NCBI GenBank assembly: GCA_030586555.1
Contig: JAURAC010000001.1
Coordinates: 32,001 to 96,000 of the forward strand
Source of the DNA: Candidatus Subterrananammoxibius californiae
GTDB taxonomy: Bacteria; Planctomycetota; Brocadiia; Brocadiales; Subterrananammoxibiaceae
DNA: 64,000 nucleotides
Direction of reading: 5' to 3'
A program made the position numbers and the translations under genes. Numbering within the stretch: the first letter of the stretch is position 1; every line of letters begins with the position of its first letter. Under the pieces are notes generated by a model, which saw only the letters and a list, made by a program, of their open reading frames with translations, was not told the DNA's origin and made no database searches. Of this stretch, positions 1-9,665 are shown one piece after another.

Positions 1-47
1 TGTCAAAACGAAAGATAATATATATTTCCATAGCCATAGGCTGTATC

Positions 48-1946
48 ATGGCGCTTTTCCTTTCCGTTATGGGCTTGCTGCCAGATATACTTGTTGAAAA
101 GATGGATAAGGAACCCCTTGAAGAGACGCAACGCATTGCGTCTCTTCCAGAGCCCCAACATAAAGTAGAAGAAACGGAAGTAAGCCAGGCAATTGAGGGC
201 ATTTACCTCCCAACTTATGATAAGGCTGGTAAAGAGCAACTGGTACTTAGAGGAGAACATGCAGTTTTTGTTAATAATAGGTTATATAAAATCACTAACC
301 CTATTATTGACCTCTATTATGTGTCTGAAGAAAAACCTTCGGCAAACCCCATACCTGTTACAATAACCTCTTTACATGGAGAAATGGACAAGATAACTAA
401 CATAGGTATCCTCTATGATAATGTGGTTATAAAACTCACCGAAAAGATGAACGCATATACAGACAATCTGAAATACGAACCAGATAAAAAAAGAATCCAT
501 ACAGATGTCACTATCACTATTATCGGGGAAGGAATGAAGGCCGTTGGAAAGGGATTTGTGGCTGACTTAATGGAGCAGAGCGTACAGATTAAAAACGATG
601 TGGAGCTCGATATACACGGACAAACGACGACCCGTCCACTGGACGGGTACCCCGCCGTACCATCTCAAAGTACTCACATTACTTCGAGCGGGCCCTTTGT
701 ATTTGAGAAACGGACAAATACCGCTACGTTCATGAGCAAGGCACGTGTAAGCAGAGGCACATTAACGTTGCTTGCTGACAACGTAGCTTTTCATCTTAAT
801 CCAGATAATGGGAAATTAACTCAGTTAGTAGCCGGTGGAAATGTGGTGGTGACAGACGAGCCAACCGTAGCTAAAGCAAATACCCTTACCTGGGATGTCG
901 CATTGCAGACGGCGACCTTAGAGGGAGACGGGGCACCCAATGCTGAAAGCATCGGGTTGGCGGAGCTTTCCGAAGGTAATACCTCTATTGCTTCCTCTAA
1001 AATAATCCTGAACCAAAAAGATAACAGCATTGAGGCGCCCTCAGAAGGACGGCTTACCTTCTTTGAAAAAAAGGCAAGCCAATCTGCATCAGGCGAATTA
1101 ACATATTCCAGTCAGTCTACATCCTCTTCTATTATTACATGGAAAGGAAGTATGTCCTTTAAGAAGGACATACACGAAGCCCTGTTCAAGAAGGGTGTCG
1201 AAGTAACGAAGGAAGATACAAAAATAAACTGCGGTATTCTACTTGTAAACTTCGAGACGGATAATTCAAGTGTAAAGACCGTAAAAGCTACTAAAGGCGT
1301 CCAGCTTTTAGAAACAAAAGGGGGCATAAAAAGAGAAGCTAAAGCCTCGCAGGTTATATGGGAAGCAGGGGGTAATCTTGTAGAGATGGTAGCAGAACCC
1401 TATGCATGGGTACAGGAAGGGAACATGCAGCTCTCCGCGCCCTACATAATGTTCTTTGACAATGGACAGAAAATAATTGGCGAGGGTCAGGGTAATCTCT
1501 CTATAAAGCCTGAAAACAAAGATGGCAAGAATGCGGACAAACCGCCTCAGGCGGAGCCAATTGACGTTAGCTGGCTCGATAGGATGGTCATTGATAAGGC
1601 AGGACAGAATGCATTTTTTTATGGCGGCGTAAAGACCATTAAGGGTGAACAGAAAATTGATAGCGACCAGTTGGACGTCTTCCTTAGTAGTAATAATGAT
1701 TTCGATAAGATTATAGCAAAGGGAAACGTATATTTTAAAGACTTAAGAAAGGGTGGCGTTGAAGGCATTGGAGATATAGCTAACTGGGATTGCCAGCTGG
1801 GCTTCGTCGTCATTGGCGGCAACCCAAAGGCTGAATTGCGGCGTGACAAATATCGCTCCTTTTCAAGGCTCATCTCTTACGACCTTCAATCTCAGCATAT
1901 AAACTGGGAGAAAAACACCCACATACAAATCCCCTTTTCAAGGTGA
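48..1946 (+). CDS. LptC/LptA(OstA)-like multi-domain LPS export beta-jellyroll protein
   Basis: 632-aa ORF: N-terminal LptC-like region followed by repeated OstA/LptA-like motifs (e.g. LVAGGNVVV, IIAKGNVY). Confidence 0.7.
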   Translation: MALFLSVMGLLPDILVEKMDKEPLEETQRIASLPEPQHKVEETEVSQAIEGIYLPTYDKAGKEQLVLRGEHAVFVNNRLYKITNPIIDLYYVSEEKPSANPIPVTITSLHGEMDKITNIGILYDNVVIKLTEKMNAYTDNLKYEPDKKRIHTDVTITIIGEGMKAVGKGFVADLMEQSVQIKNDVELDIHGQTTTRPLDGYPAVPSQSTHITSSGPFVFEKRTNTATFMSKARVSRGTLTLLADNVAFHLNPDNGKLTQLVAGGNVVVTDEPTVAKANTLTWDVALQTATLEGDGAPNAESIGLAELSEGNTSIASSKIILNQKDNSIEAPSEGRLTFFEKKASQSASGELTYSSQSTSSSIITWKGSMSFKKDIHEALFKKGVEVTKEDTKINCGILLVNFETDNSSVKTVKATKGVQLLETKGGIKREAKASQVIWEAGGNLVEMVAEPYAWVQEGNMQLSAPYIMFFDNGQKIIGEGQGNLSIKPENKDGKNADKPPQAEPIDVSWLDRMVIDKAGQNAFFYGGVKTIKGEQKIDSDQLDVFLSSNNDFDKIIAKGNVYFKDLRKGGVEGIGDIANWDCQLGFVVIGGNPKAELRRDKYRSFSRLISYDLQSQHINWEKNTHIQIPFSR

Positions 1947-3784
1947 AAAGCATGGAAAAAAAAATAGATACCAGAATACAGAAGACTGAACACAGACAAC
2001 AGAAGATAGACAACAGATGGTTGTATTTTATTTTGTCTGTATTCTGTGCTCTGGTCTGTCTGTGCTCTGTGTCATCAGTGTTTGCCGATGTTTCTACGGA
2101 GCTAACCGTCGTAGCATGCTGCGGAGTTCCGGGAGATGCTCCCGAAAATACATTTGCCGCCTTCGAACGGGCAATACAACTTGGAGCAAACGGAATAAAG
2201 ATTGATGTAAGAAAGACAAAGGATGGAAAATTGATTCTTATGCAAGACCCAACAATTGACCGCACTACAGATGGAAAGGGTTATGTAGAGTCACTGCTTT
2301 ATGACGAGATACAATTGTATGATGCCGGTTCATGGATGAATAAAAAATTTAAAGGACAAAGAGTGCCTCTACTTTCTGATGTGCTGAAATTTGTAAAGGC
2401 AAATAACATTAAGGCAGTTCTCGACGTTAAACAGCAAGAAATCGAAGACCAGATACTCTTACTTATTGAAGAACTCGGTGTGGCAAAACAAATCTATTTC
2501 TGGGGAAGCCTTCGGGGTATCAGGGGTCTGGAGTCTGAATTGCCAGGGAAAGACCTTTTTTTTGTAGCACCCGAGAACCTTACAAAGGAAGCGATTGAAA
2601 ATGCTCATACAGAGAGGAAGCTTGCAGTAACTACCATGCTCGATTGCGACGACAGGGAATCCATGAAAGAAAAACTAATGAAAGGCATAGACGTTGTGCT
2701 TGTTGACTACCCCTGCCTCGTGAAAGATATTTTACAAAAAGAGGGAATATCCACCTCCAGCGGACCCAAATTGAAATCTGCAGAAAGCCTCAGTCTCGGC
2801 GTAATTACCTCCACCCCCCCTTTAGAGAAGGAGGGATTTGATGTACGTGCATTAATTGACATTGTAACTGAACCTGACGCGGATAAATCGAGGATGGCAG
2901 CCCTATCATTAGCAGGTTACCCATCGGCAGAAACAGTTCCGCAATTAGTAAAACTCTCAAAAAGCTGGAATGTAGTAGCAAGGCGAAATGCGACGTGGGC
3001 ATTGGGGTTTTTAAAAGATAAAAAGGCTGTAGAAACATTAATTACTAAATTAAGCGATAAAGATGTTGAAGTAAGGAGGGAGGCGGCGCTCGGCTTGAAG
3101 AGACAGTCAGACCCCGCCTCGATATCAGAGTTAATTAACACACTTCTTCATGACGAGAATGCAAAGGTCAGGTTTGATGCGGCTCGTGCATTAGGCGATA
3201 TAGAAGATAAAATAGTAGTATCTCCACTGATTACCGCTTTAAAAAATGATACTGATTGGGATATACGCAGTGTCTGTGCTCGTGCATTGGGACAAATTAA
3301 GGACGCTAAGGCAGTTGAGGCGTTAGGAACAATACTTGTGGCTGATACTTTCTGCCAGGAAGCATGCTGGACACGTGAAATGTCAGCACGGGCGCTTGCA
3401 GAAATAGGGAAACCATCTGTAGAAACCCTGATTGCCGCTTTAAGGGATAATGAAGAATGTACACGCAGAAGAGCAAGCTGGGCGCTTATTTATATTGGTC
3501 AACCCGCTGCTCCTGCGGTAGCTTCTGCATTATTCGACCCAAATCATCTCGTGCGAAGGCGTGCCGCCTTAATATTGGGATGGATAGAGGATGATGCCGC
3601 TCTATACCCCCTTCTCCGTGCAATTAAGGATGATGAGCCAACGGTAAGACAGACTGCTGCCTGGGCACTCGGAAGATTGGGTGACCCCAGGGCAAAAAGC
3701 GCCCTGAATGTCGCTGTTAATGATAAGAGCAACCCCGTAAAAGAAAATGCCCTTGAGGCAATCAAAAGATTAACATTGGATTAA
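1943..3784 (+). CDS. GDPD-fold domain fused to HEAT repeats, with N-terminal signal/TM segment
   Basis: APENTFAAFERA..DVRKTKDG..DRTTDG GDPD motifs; C-terminal HEAT repeats (VRREAALGL, VRFDAARALG, VRQTAAWALG). Confidence 0.8.
   Translation: MKSMEKKIDTRIQKTEHRQQKIDNRWLYFILSVFCALVCLCSVSSVFADVSTELTVVACCGVPGDAPENTFAAFERAIQLGANGIKIDVRKTKDGKLILMQDPTIDRTTDGKGYVESLLYDEIQLYDAGSWMNKKFKGQRVPLLSDVLKFVKANNIKAVLDVKQQEIEDQILLLIEELGVAKQIYFWGSLRGIRGLESELPGKDLFFVAPENLTKEAIENAHTERKLAVTTMLDCDDRESMKEKLMKGIDVVLVDYPCLVKDILQKEGISTSSGPKLKSAESLSLGVITSTPPLEKEGFDVRALIDIVTEPDADKSRMAALSLAGYPSAETVPQLVKLSKSWNVVARRNATWALGFLKDKKAVETLITKLSDKDVEVRREAALGLKRQSDPASISELINTLLHDENAKVRFDAARALGDIEDKIVVSPLITALKNDTDWDIRSVCARALGQIKDAKAVEALGTILVADTFCQEACWTREMSARALAEIGKPSVETLIAALRDNEECTRRRASWALIYIGQPAAPAVASALFDPNHLVRRRAALILGWIEDDAALYPLLRAIKDDEPTVRQTAAWALGRLGDPRAKSALNVAVNDKSNPVKENALEAIKRLTLD
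1966..2072. repeat. Degenerate heptamer tandem repeats arranged as an inverted pair, inside the 5' end of the GDPD-HEAT ORF
   Basis: AGATACC AGAATAC AGAAGAC TGAACAC AGACAAC... followed by a TCTG-rich complementary arm. Confidence 0.65.
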
Positions 3785-3796
3785 GGAGAAAGAGAC

Positions 3797-4150
3797 ATGT
3801 TTCATGCCGGTCTATTGGTCTTGGGTATTGTAGCTGGTGTATTTGGAGGACTTTTTGGTATTGGAGGAGGGACTATAGTTATTCCTGCCCTTGTCTATTT
3901 ATTTGGACTAAGCCAGCATCAGGCACAGGGAACGTCCTTAGCAATGATGGTTCCACCCGTTACATTTCTTGCTGCATGGAAGTATTATCAAGGTGGACAT
4001 ATCAACCTCAAGATAGCAGCTTTTATAGCGCTTGGTTTTATTATCGGCGGTCTAATCGGCGCAACCGTTGTCCAGCCCGTAAGTGACCCTCTTTTAAAAA
4101 AGGGTTTTGGAGTATTTTTGCTATTTGTAGGTGTAAGGATGCTTTTTTAA
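3797..4150 (+). CDS. TauE/SafE (sulfite exporter) family membrane protein, single-repeat form
   Basis: GLFGIGGG..IPAL and AQGTSLA motifs; hydrophobic. Confidence 0.85.
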   Translation: MFHAGLLVLGIVAGVFGGLFGIGGGTIVIPALVYLFGLSQHQAQGTSLAMMVPPVTFLAAWKYYQGGHINLKIAAFIALGFIIGGLIGATVVQPVSDPLLKKGFGVFLLFVGVRMLF

Positions 4151-4159
4151 GTTACCTTT

Positions 4160-5692
4160 TTGAAAAAAATGAAAACAGGCATTGTTTATCTTATAGGCGC
4201 AGGTCCCGGAGACCCGTCTCTTATCAGCGTTAAGGGACTGGAATGTATCAGGAAGGCTGACGTTTTAATTTATGATTACTTAGTAAGCGCAGACCTTCTT
4301 AGAGAGGCAAGGGAAGGCACAGAAGTAATCTACGTTGGCAAAAAGGGCAGCGTCCATACCTTGGAGCAGGAAGAAATAAATCAACTTCTTGTAGATAAGG
4401 CACGGGAAGGCAGAACCATTGTCAGGCTCAAAGGGGGAGACCCCTTTGTATTCGGGAGAGGCGGAGAAGAGGCGCTCTTTCTTAAACAAAACGATGTACC
4501 GTTTGAGATTGTCCCGGGCATTACCGCCGCAGTAGCCGCCCCTGCCTATGCCGGCATCCCCGTTACTCACCGTGACTATACAGCCACGCTTGGCCTCGTT
4601 ACAGGCCATGAGGACCCCACCAAGGAAGTAAGCAATATTAATTGGGAAAAAATCAGCACAGGCATTGGAACACTTACCTTTTATATGGGCATTAAGAACC
4701 TGCCTAAAATTGTAGAAAATCTTATCAAATATGGAAGACCCAAGGATACCCCCGTTGCAGTAATACGATGGGGTACTACGCCTGAACAACAAACCGTGGT
4801 GGGCACATTAAAAGATATTGTTGAAAAAACAAAGGACTTGATGCCTCCTGCTATAACAATCGTGGGCGAGGTGGTGAAGCTAAGGGAGCAGTTGAACTGG
4901 TTTGAGTCGAAGCCCCTTTTCGGCAAGATAATAGCAATTACCCGCTCACGTGACCAGGCAAGTGAATTCGCTGAACAACTCCAGGAACGTGGCGCAAAGG
5001 TAATAGAATTTCCCACCATAAAAACTGTTCCGCCAGACAACCTTGAGCCTATGGATAAAGCAATCAAAAAGATTGAATCCTTTGATTGGCTCATCTTTAC
5101 CAGCGTAAACGGCGTTGATGCCTTCTTCGGGAGGCTCTTTGACCTTGGTAAAGACATTCGCAGCCTTAAAGGTGTAAAGATTTGCTCTATAGGGCCTGCT
5201 ACTACCGAAAGGATTAAGGGTTTTTATCTTCATGTAGATTGCCAGCCCTCAAAATATGTGGCGGAGAGCATTGTTGAAGAGCTTAAGAAGGCTGAAAACC
5301 TTAAAGGCAAAAAGATACTTATGCCCAGGGCAGATATAGCGCGAAGCTATCTTCCTGATGAACTCCAGAAGCTCGGCGCGGAAGCTGTCGAGGTGATTGC
5401 CTATAAGACGATACTCGCAACGCCTGAGGATGCAAGCCTGCTGGAAAGGCTCAGAAAGGGTAATGTAGATGTAGTAACCTTTACCAGTTCGTCTACGGTC
5501 AGGAATTTTGTAGAGGTGGTGGGCAAAGAATATATATCGAGGTTAAATGGAAGGGTCAAATTTGTTAGCATCGGACCAATAACAACAAGGACGGCCGAAG
5601 AACATGGCATCCACGTCTCCTTGGAGGCTAAAGAACACACAATCCCGGGACTCGTGGAGGCAATTGTTAAATTTGTGGGTCATCAGCAATGA
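4160..5692 (+). CDS. cobA: Uroporphyrinogen-III C-methyltransferase / uroporphyrinogen-III synthase fusion (CobA-HemD)
   Basis: LIGAGPGD, RLKGGDPFVFGRGGEE, VPGITA; HemD part with FTSVNGV and FTSSSTV. Confidence 0.95.
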   Translation: MKKMKTGIVYLIGAGPGDPSLISVKGLECIRKADVLIYDYLVSADLLREAREGTEVIYVGKKGSVHTLEQEEINQLLVDKAREGRTIVRLKGGDPFVFGRGGEEALFLKQNDVPFEIVPGITAAVAAPAYAGIPVTHRDYTATLGLVTGHEDPTKEVSNINWEKISTGIGTLTFYMGIKNLPKIVENLIKYGRPKDTPVAVIRWGTTPEQQTVVGTLKDIVEKTKDLMPPAITIVGEVVKLREQLNWFESKPLFGKIIAITRSRDQASEFAEQLQERGAKVIEFPTIKTVPPDNLEPMDKAIKKIESFDWLIFTSVNGVDAFFGRLFDLGKDIRSLKGVKICSIGPATTERIKGFYLHVDCQPSKYVAESIVEELKKAENLKGKKILMPRADIARSYLPDELQKLGAEAVEVIAYKTILATPEDASLLERLRKGNVDVVTFTSSSTVRNFVEVVGKEYISRLNGRVKFVSIGPITTRTAEEHGIHVSLEAKEHTIPGLVEAIVKFVGHQQ

Positions 5693-6369
5693 AATTAGAA
5701 ATTGCAAAATGCATCCGCCTCATGCGGATTAAATTTACACTTTACAATCTACAATTCTGTATAATCATCATTTTGTGGTTTACCTTATTGGAAGGAATTT
5801 CTTACGCCTTTGAAGCGCCAACGCCATACCCTCCAGAACTAAGGCACGATGTGGAATTGTTTATTAACGTTTACGATGCCATTTTTGATGCAAAAAGGAC
5901 AAAGTCGAAAAGGGCTATAGAACTCTGGGATGCCCTGATTGACCACGAGGCGTATAAAGAGATTAATCTTGAAAGGCCTTATGAGTTTTGGGACTGGGCA
6001 CAGGCACGAACCTTGAAAAAGGACTTTATCGAGCCGGCACACAATCTATTGGAAAAGGGCACAATAACAGACCCACAAAAAGCCCTATGGCAGATTTCTA
6101 AGATTGATGGTTATGAATTGATAGGGAGCAAATTTGTTGTTTATACACGCTACGCCCGCATATATCAGGACAAGGACTATTTTGGGTTTGCCATATTTAA
6201 GATTAAGTTTGTAGGGGCGAACGGCCGTTCGCCCCTTCTCGACATTAAGAAATGGAACGAACCACCATACGCCTCGAATTGGAAGATTTCTGGCATGCGC
6301 TGGAAACCCATAACCCAACCGGCGTACAATAAAAAGGTCTTTGAGGATTACCCGATTGTGGACTGGTAG
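5689..6369 (+). CDS. Hypothetical exported protein (true start probably downstream of 5689)
   Basis: Long ORF with hydrophobic signal-like segment; 5' end overlaps heptamer repeats; in-frame REP at 6211-6238. Confidence 0.6.
   Translation: MKLEIAKCIRLMRIKFTLYNLQFCIIIILWFTLLEGISYAFEAPTPYPPELRHDVELFINVYDAIFDAKRTKSKRAIELWDALIDHEAYKEINLERPYEFWDWAQARTLKKDFIEPAHNLLEKGTITDPQKALWQISKIDGYELIGSKFVVYTRYARIYQDKDYFGFAIFKIKFVGANGRSPLLDIKKWNEPPYASNWKISGMRWKPITQPAYNKKVFEDYPIVDW
6211..6238. repeat. GTAGGGGC-type REP palindrome in frame in CDS (VGANGRSPL)
   Basis: GTAGGGGCGAACGGCCGTTCGCCCCTTC; near-identical intergenic copy at 20076-20103. Confidence 0.85.
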
Positions 6370-6391
6370 CGTTTTTTAAGGCAAGGAATAT

Positions 6392-6637
6392 ATGGACGAT
6401 TATTTTGTTTGTCCAAATTGTGGAGCTGAAGTTTCACCAAAAGCTAAGGCTTGCCCAGAGTGCGGCTCGGATGAAAATACTGGTTGGTCCGAAGATACTA
6501 TGTATGATGGCTTAGACCTTCCAGAGGGTGAGACATCCAGCAAACAATCCTCATCCTCTTTGTTTCAAAATAAATACTTTATGTGCATTGTGGCGTTCGC
6601 TGCCATTTTGACCTTTTTGTGGATATATTTACTATAA
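6392..6637 (+). CDS. Zinc-ribbon protein with C-terminal TM helix
   Basis: CPNCG...CPECG and hydrophobic C-terminus. Confidence 0.8.
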   Translation: MDDYFVCPNCGAEVSPKAKACPECGSDENTGWSEDTMYDGLDLPEGETSSKQSSSSLFQNKYFMCIVAFAAILTFLWIYLL

Positions 6638-6678
6638 GATTTAGGCAAAGAGCTGATGTGATTTCTGAAATTTAAAAT

Positions 6679-7509
6679 ATGGCCAAATTAACCGGTATCG
6701 AAAAATGGAAGCTTGAGAAACTACTTGAAATGGGAAGTGGGTATGTTCTTGGTTTTTCGAATAGAACACTTCAGGAATTTATCTTCGACAACACCGGTCT
6801 TGATATTTATGACGATAAATATAATTATGCAAGCGGCTCAAAAGCAAATAGGCTCCGAGCATTTTGGGAACAGGAATCAAATTATGTAGTAGGGGAATTG
6901 ATAGAGGATCTTCTTGAGTGTTGGAGAACCCAACGAATAGTGAGTGGCTCGAATATTACGTCATCTGAACAAACCCTCTACGAAGAATGTCTCAAGGTTT
7001 CAGAGAAGTTAAAGCAGGATAGTGCCGTCGAAAACATTGATGCTATACACCCCACCACTGACGACAAGGATTTTGCATTATTGGCAAAATCAATCAGAGA
7101 AAGCGTTACAAGAAATGAACCCGAGGGCGCATTAGATAGATTACATACTTTCATAGTGCGATACATCAGAGAGTTGTGCGATAAGCACTCTATTGGGTAT
7201 GGCAAAAATACACCGCTACACAGCTTGTTTGGTGGATATATAAAATACTTGCGTGAAAATAACATTATCGAATCTGAAATGACTGAGAGAATTTTAAAAT
7301 CTTCGATCTCGGTGTTGGAAGCATTCAACAATGTAAGAAATAATCAAAGCTTTGCGCATGACAATCCTATTTTAAATTATCACGAGAGTATTTTAATAAT
7401 TAACGATATCTCAAATGTAATTCGATTTATTGAATCAATAGAACTGAAGCAGGCGGCACGTCAAGGGAAACTAAAAGATGAAGCACCTTGGGAAGATATT
7501 CCTTTCTAA
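6679..7509 (+). CDS. Abortive infection family protein (AbiJ-like N-terminus + Abi_C/HEPN-like C-terminus)
   Basis: GYVLGFSNRT...SGSKANRLR N-terminus and RNNQSFAH (RxxxxH-like) motif. Confidence 0.75.
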   Translation: MAKLTGIEKWKLEKLLEMGSGYVLGFSNRTLQEFIFDNTGLDIYDDKYNYASGSKANRLRAFWEQESNYVVGELIEDLLECWRTQRIVSGSNITSSEQTLYEECLKVSEKLKQDSAVENIDAIHPTTDDKDFALLAKSIRESVTRNEPEGALDRLHTFIVRYIRELCDKHSIGYGKNTPLHSLFGGYIKYLRENNIIESEMTERILKSSISVLEAFNNVRNNQSFAHDNPILNYHESILIINDISNVIRFIESIELKQAARQGKLKDEAPWEDIPF

Positions 7510-7757
7510 TTATATTACAGGTGACAGGTCACGCTGAATTGAAGAAGTAATCATCTCCGCAAACCGTCGCTTGATTGAGATGAAGGGGAGAAATTGATCA
7601 AACTTTAGTGGAAAAATAACTATGGCAAGGCGCATTATAGATGTCGCCTTCCGCCATAAAATGCGACATCGGCCCCTTTACTTTTTCCCTAACCCGTTAT
7701 TCAGCTCTTAAAACGGCAGACAAAACATTCCCTAAAATAGCCTTTTCCGGCAAAGGT

Positions 7758-7884
7758 TTAAAACGCTTCCAGGAACGTTTTTGCCTTAATAACAAATTCA
7801 ATTGGGTTTGTGCCTCGTTCCTTTTCTATAATGTAAAATCCGCTGTATCCACCTCGAAAAGGACATATACAAAATCCTTTTGGT
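7758..7884 (-). pseudogene. Displaced, frameshifted copy of the 3' end of the 8775..9557 gene
   Basis: Translates GYSGFYIIEKERGTNPIEFVIKAKTFLEAF* versus GYNGFYIIERERGTNPISFIVKAKEFLERL*; 1-nt deletion near 7850. Confidence 0.85.
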
Positions 7885-8175
7885 ATGCTTTATGCTAATC
7901 CTTTAGAAAAAGAGTTTGCTCTTTTGAAAAAAGGGTTGGTTGAAATCAGTTCAGCTCAGATACCCCCCCCATCTTAATCCTTACCCTCAGGATAGAGGGA
8001 TAGGTGATGTGATGAATTAGGATAAGCTCTTGATTACACCGTACTTGTAAATGCAATTTTGCTGAGGCTGGGTTGTAGCAAGTCCATCGAATTTGCTTTT
8101 CACCATCCCAAAGTTTTGCAAATTAAATCCGATTTTACCATATGTTTCCACTGTACATTTTTGAACCATTATATG

Positions 8176-8217
8176 AGGGACACATCCCATTTATACGTAT
8201 AAATGGGATGTGTCCCT
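8176..8217. repeat. Perfect 42-bp palindrome, copy 1
   Basis: AGGGACACATCCCATTTATAC|GTATAAATGGGATGTGTCCCT. Confidence 0.95.
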
Positions 8218-8235
8218 GATTCGAAAGGAGGCTTT

Positions 8236-8715
8236 ATGTTCTCAAACAAGTCTTTAGTGTCTTTGCTATTTGCTCTAATGATTAGTGTACCAACCTTAAC
8301 CTTTGCTGACCAACAATCAAACGCCAATGGATGTATCGGTGAGTGCTCCCAAACAGATGCCGTAGAGAAATCAACCCCTCGCATTATAGGGACTTTCAAG
8401 TGCTTCAGATTAACAAACCCAGATTATCCTGAAACAGAATGGGAGATTATTGTGGAGAAGGCTGGCAAGACAGTCATTGGCGGAGAAATTACAGGAACCA
8501 TTTGCGGCGGCTTATGGAATATCACAGGTGGTACGTTAACCAAGAAATATTTACTTCTAAATGCCATCTGTGCAGGTGAAAACTGCGGTCCGTGTTTTTC
8601 TTCAGTAGTAATTGAAGGTTTCAAGAGCGGTCGCGGTAGATATAATGGAACTTATATATGGGATGGTAGCACGATTATTTACAACTTTAACGCAAAAAAA
8701 CATAAATGCCAATAG
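8236..8715 (+). CDS. Cys-rich secreted hypothetical protein
   Basis: AAGGAGG RBS then ATG at 8236; signal peptide ending TFA; 8 Cys. Confidence 0.75.
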   Translation: MFSNKSLVSLLFALMISVPTLTFADQQSNANGCIGECSQTDAVEKSTPRIIGTFKCFRLTNPDYPETEWEIIVEKAGKTVIGGEITGTICGGLWNITGGTLTKKYLLLNAICAGENCGPCFSSVVIEGFKSGRGRYNGTYIWDGSTIIYNFNAKKHKCQ

Positions 8716-8726
8716 GCTGGCTTTGG

Positions 8727-8768
8727 AGGGACACATCCCATTTATACGTATAAATGGGATGTGTCCCT
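8727..8768. repeat. Perfect 42-bp palindrome, copy 2 (identical to 8176-8217)
   Basis: Same sequence; both copies are preceded by G and followed by GATT. Confidence 0.95.
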
Positions 8769-8774
8769 GATTTG

Positions 8775-9557
8775 CTAAAGCCTTTCCAAGAACTCTTTTG
8801 CCTTGACAATAAAACTAATTGGGTTTGTGCCTCGTTCCCTTTCTATAATGTAAAATCCATTGTATCCAACCTCAAAAAGGGCATAAACAAAATCCTTGAA
8901 AGGTACAGAGCCCTCATCTAAAGGGGTCTCAATTAATTTACCTTCGTCGGTTCTGCGTTCATTCTTTGCCCGCACCTGCACGATATATTCTTGCAGGTCA
9001 TAAACACCTTTTATGGGGTCAAAACAGTTTAATGCAAGCTTAGAGGGGTCGTAATTTATCTTTACACCACGGTTAGTTAACTGGTTCAGGAAGCGTTTAA
9101 GTAACTGGGGGTCTTCGTTTCCCGTTTCTGTGGCGAGAGAACACTCATAATCCTCGGCATATTTGCCGACCTCGTTCAAGGCTGCGCTCATTATTCGCCA
9201 CTGTTTAGCCTTCTCGTCCCCGGGAACAGTTCCAATAGCCGTGGTAACTATATTTGTTTTTAAATCAACTGCAAGGTTAATGATGGACTTTGTTTTCTCA
9301 ATAATTTCATCGAGTTCGTTTACATTTGTAAAGCCCGGAGCGAACTCGCCGCATAATGAGGATAGTTGTATCTTGTAGGTTTTAATGAAATGCAGGAAAT
9401 CCCTTCTGCCTGTTGCAGACAAGTTAGTTGGGGAAAGTTCACCACGGGTTGCATCTGCCTGAAAACCTTTAAAGCCGATTGAGGCAGCCTTCCGTATGCC
9501 TTCCCTTAAGCCCAATCTGAGTGATTCGAGTCGAACCACGAGTTTCAGTCTTCCCAT
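8775..9557 (-). CDS. Sugar phosphate isomerase/epimerase (xylose isomerase-like TIM barrel)
   Basis: LATETG, INYDP, G.G.VPF, GYNGFYIIERE motifs. Confidence 0.85.
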   Translation of the reverse strand: MGRLKLVVRLESLRLGLREGIRKAASIGFKGFQADATRGELSPTNLSATGRRDFLHFIKTYKIQLSSLCGEFAPGFTNVNELDEIIEKTKSIINLAVDLKTNIVTTAIGTVPGDEKAKQWRIMSAALNEVGKYAEDYECSLATETGNEDPQLLKRFLNQLTNRGVKINYDPSKLALNCFDPIKGVYDLQEYIVQVRAKNERRTDEGKLIETPLDEGSVPFKDFVYALFEVGYNGFYIIERERGTNPISFIVKAKEFLERL

Positions 9558-9578
9558 TTTTAAACCGCGTCCGAAGTG

Positions 9579-9642
9579 GTAGGGGCGTATTGTCGTGCCT
9601 GAGGCAGACTCGCCATTTTTTGGGCGAGCAATACGCCCCTAC
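9579..9642. repeat. GTAGGGGC REP with nested insertions, including a CCTNAGG 15-mer
   Basis: GTAGGGGCGTATTG...CAATACGCCCCTAC arms enclosing GCCTGAGGCAGA and a CTCGCC..GGCGAG hairpin. Confidence 0.75.
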
Positions 9643-9665
9643 TTTTTTCAAAGAAGGCGAGGGTG

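Noticed and set aside
7641..7898. 85-aa ORF on the plus strand
   Set aside because: It is the antisense of the displaced isomerase 3' fragment.
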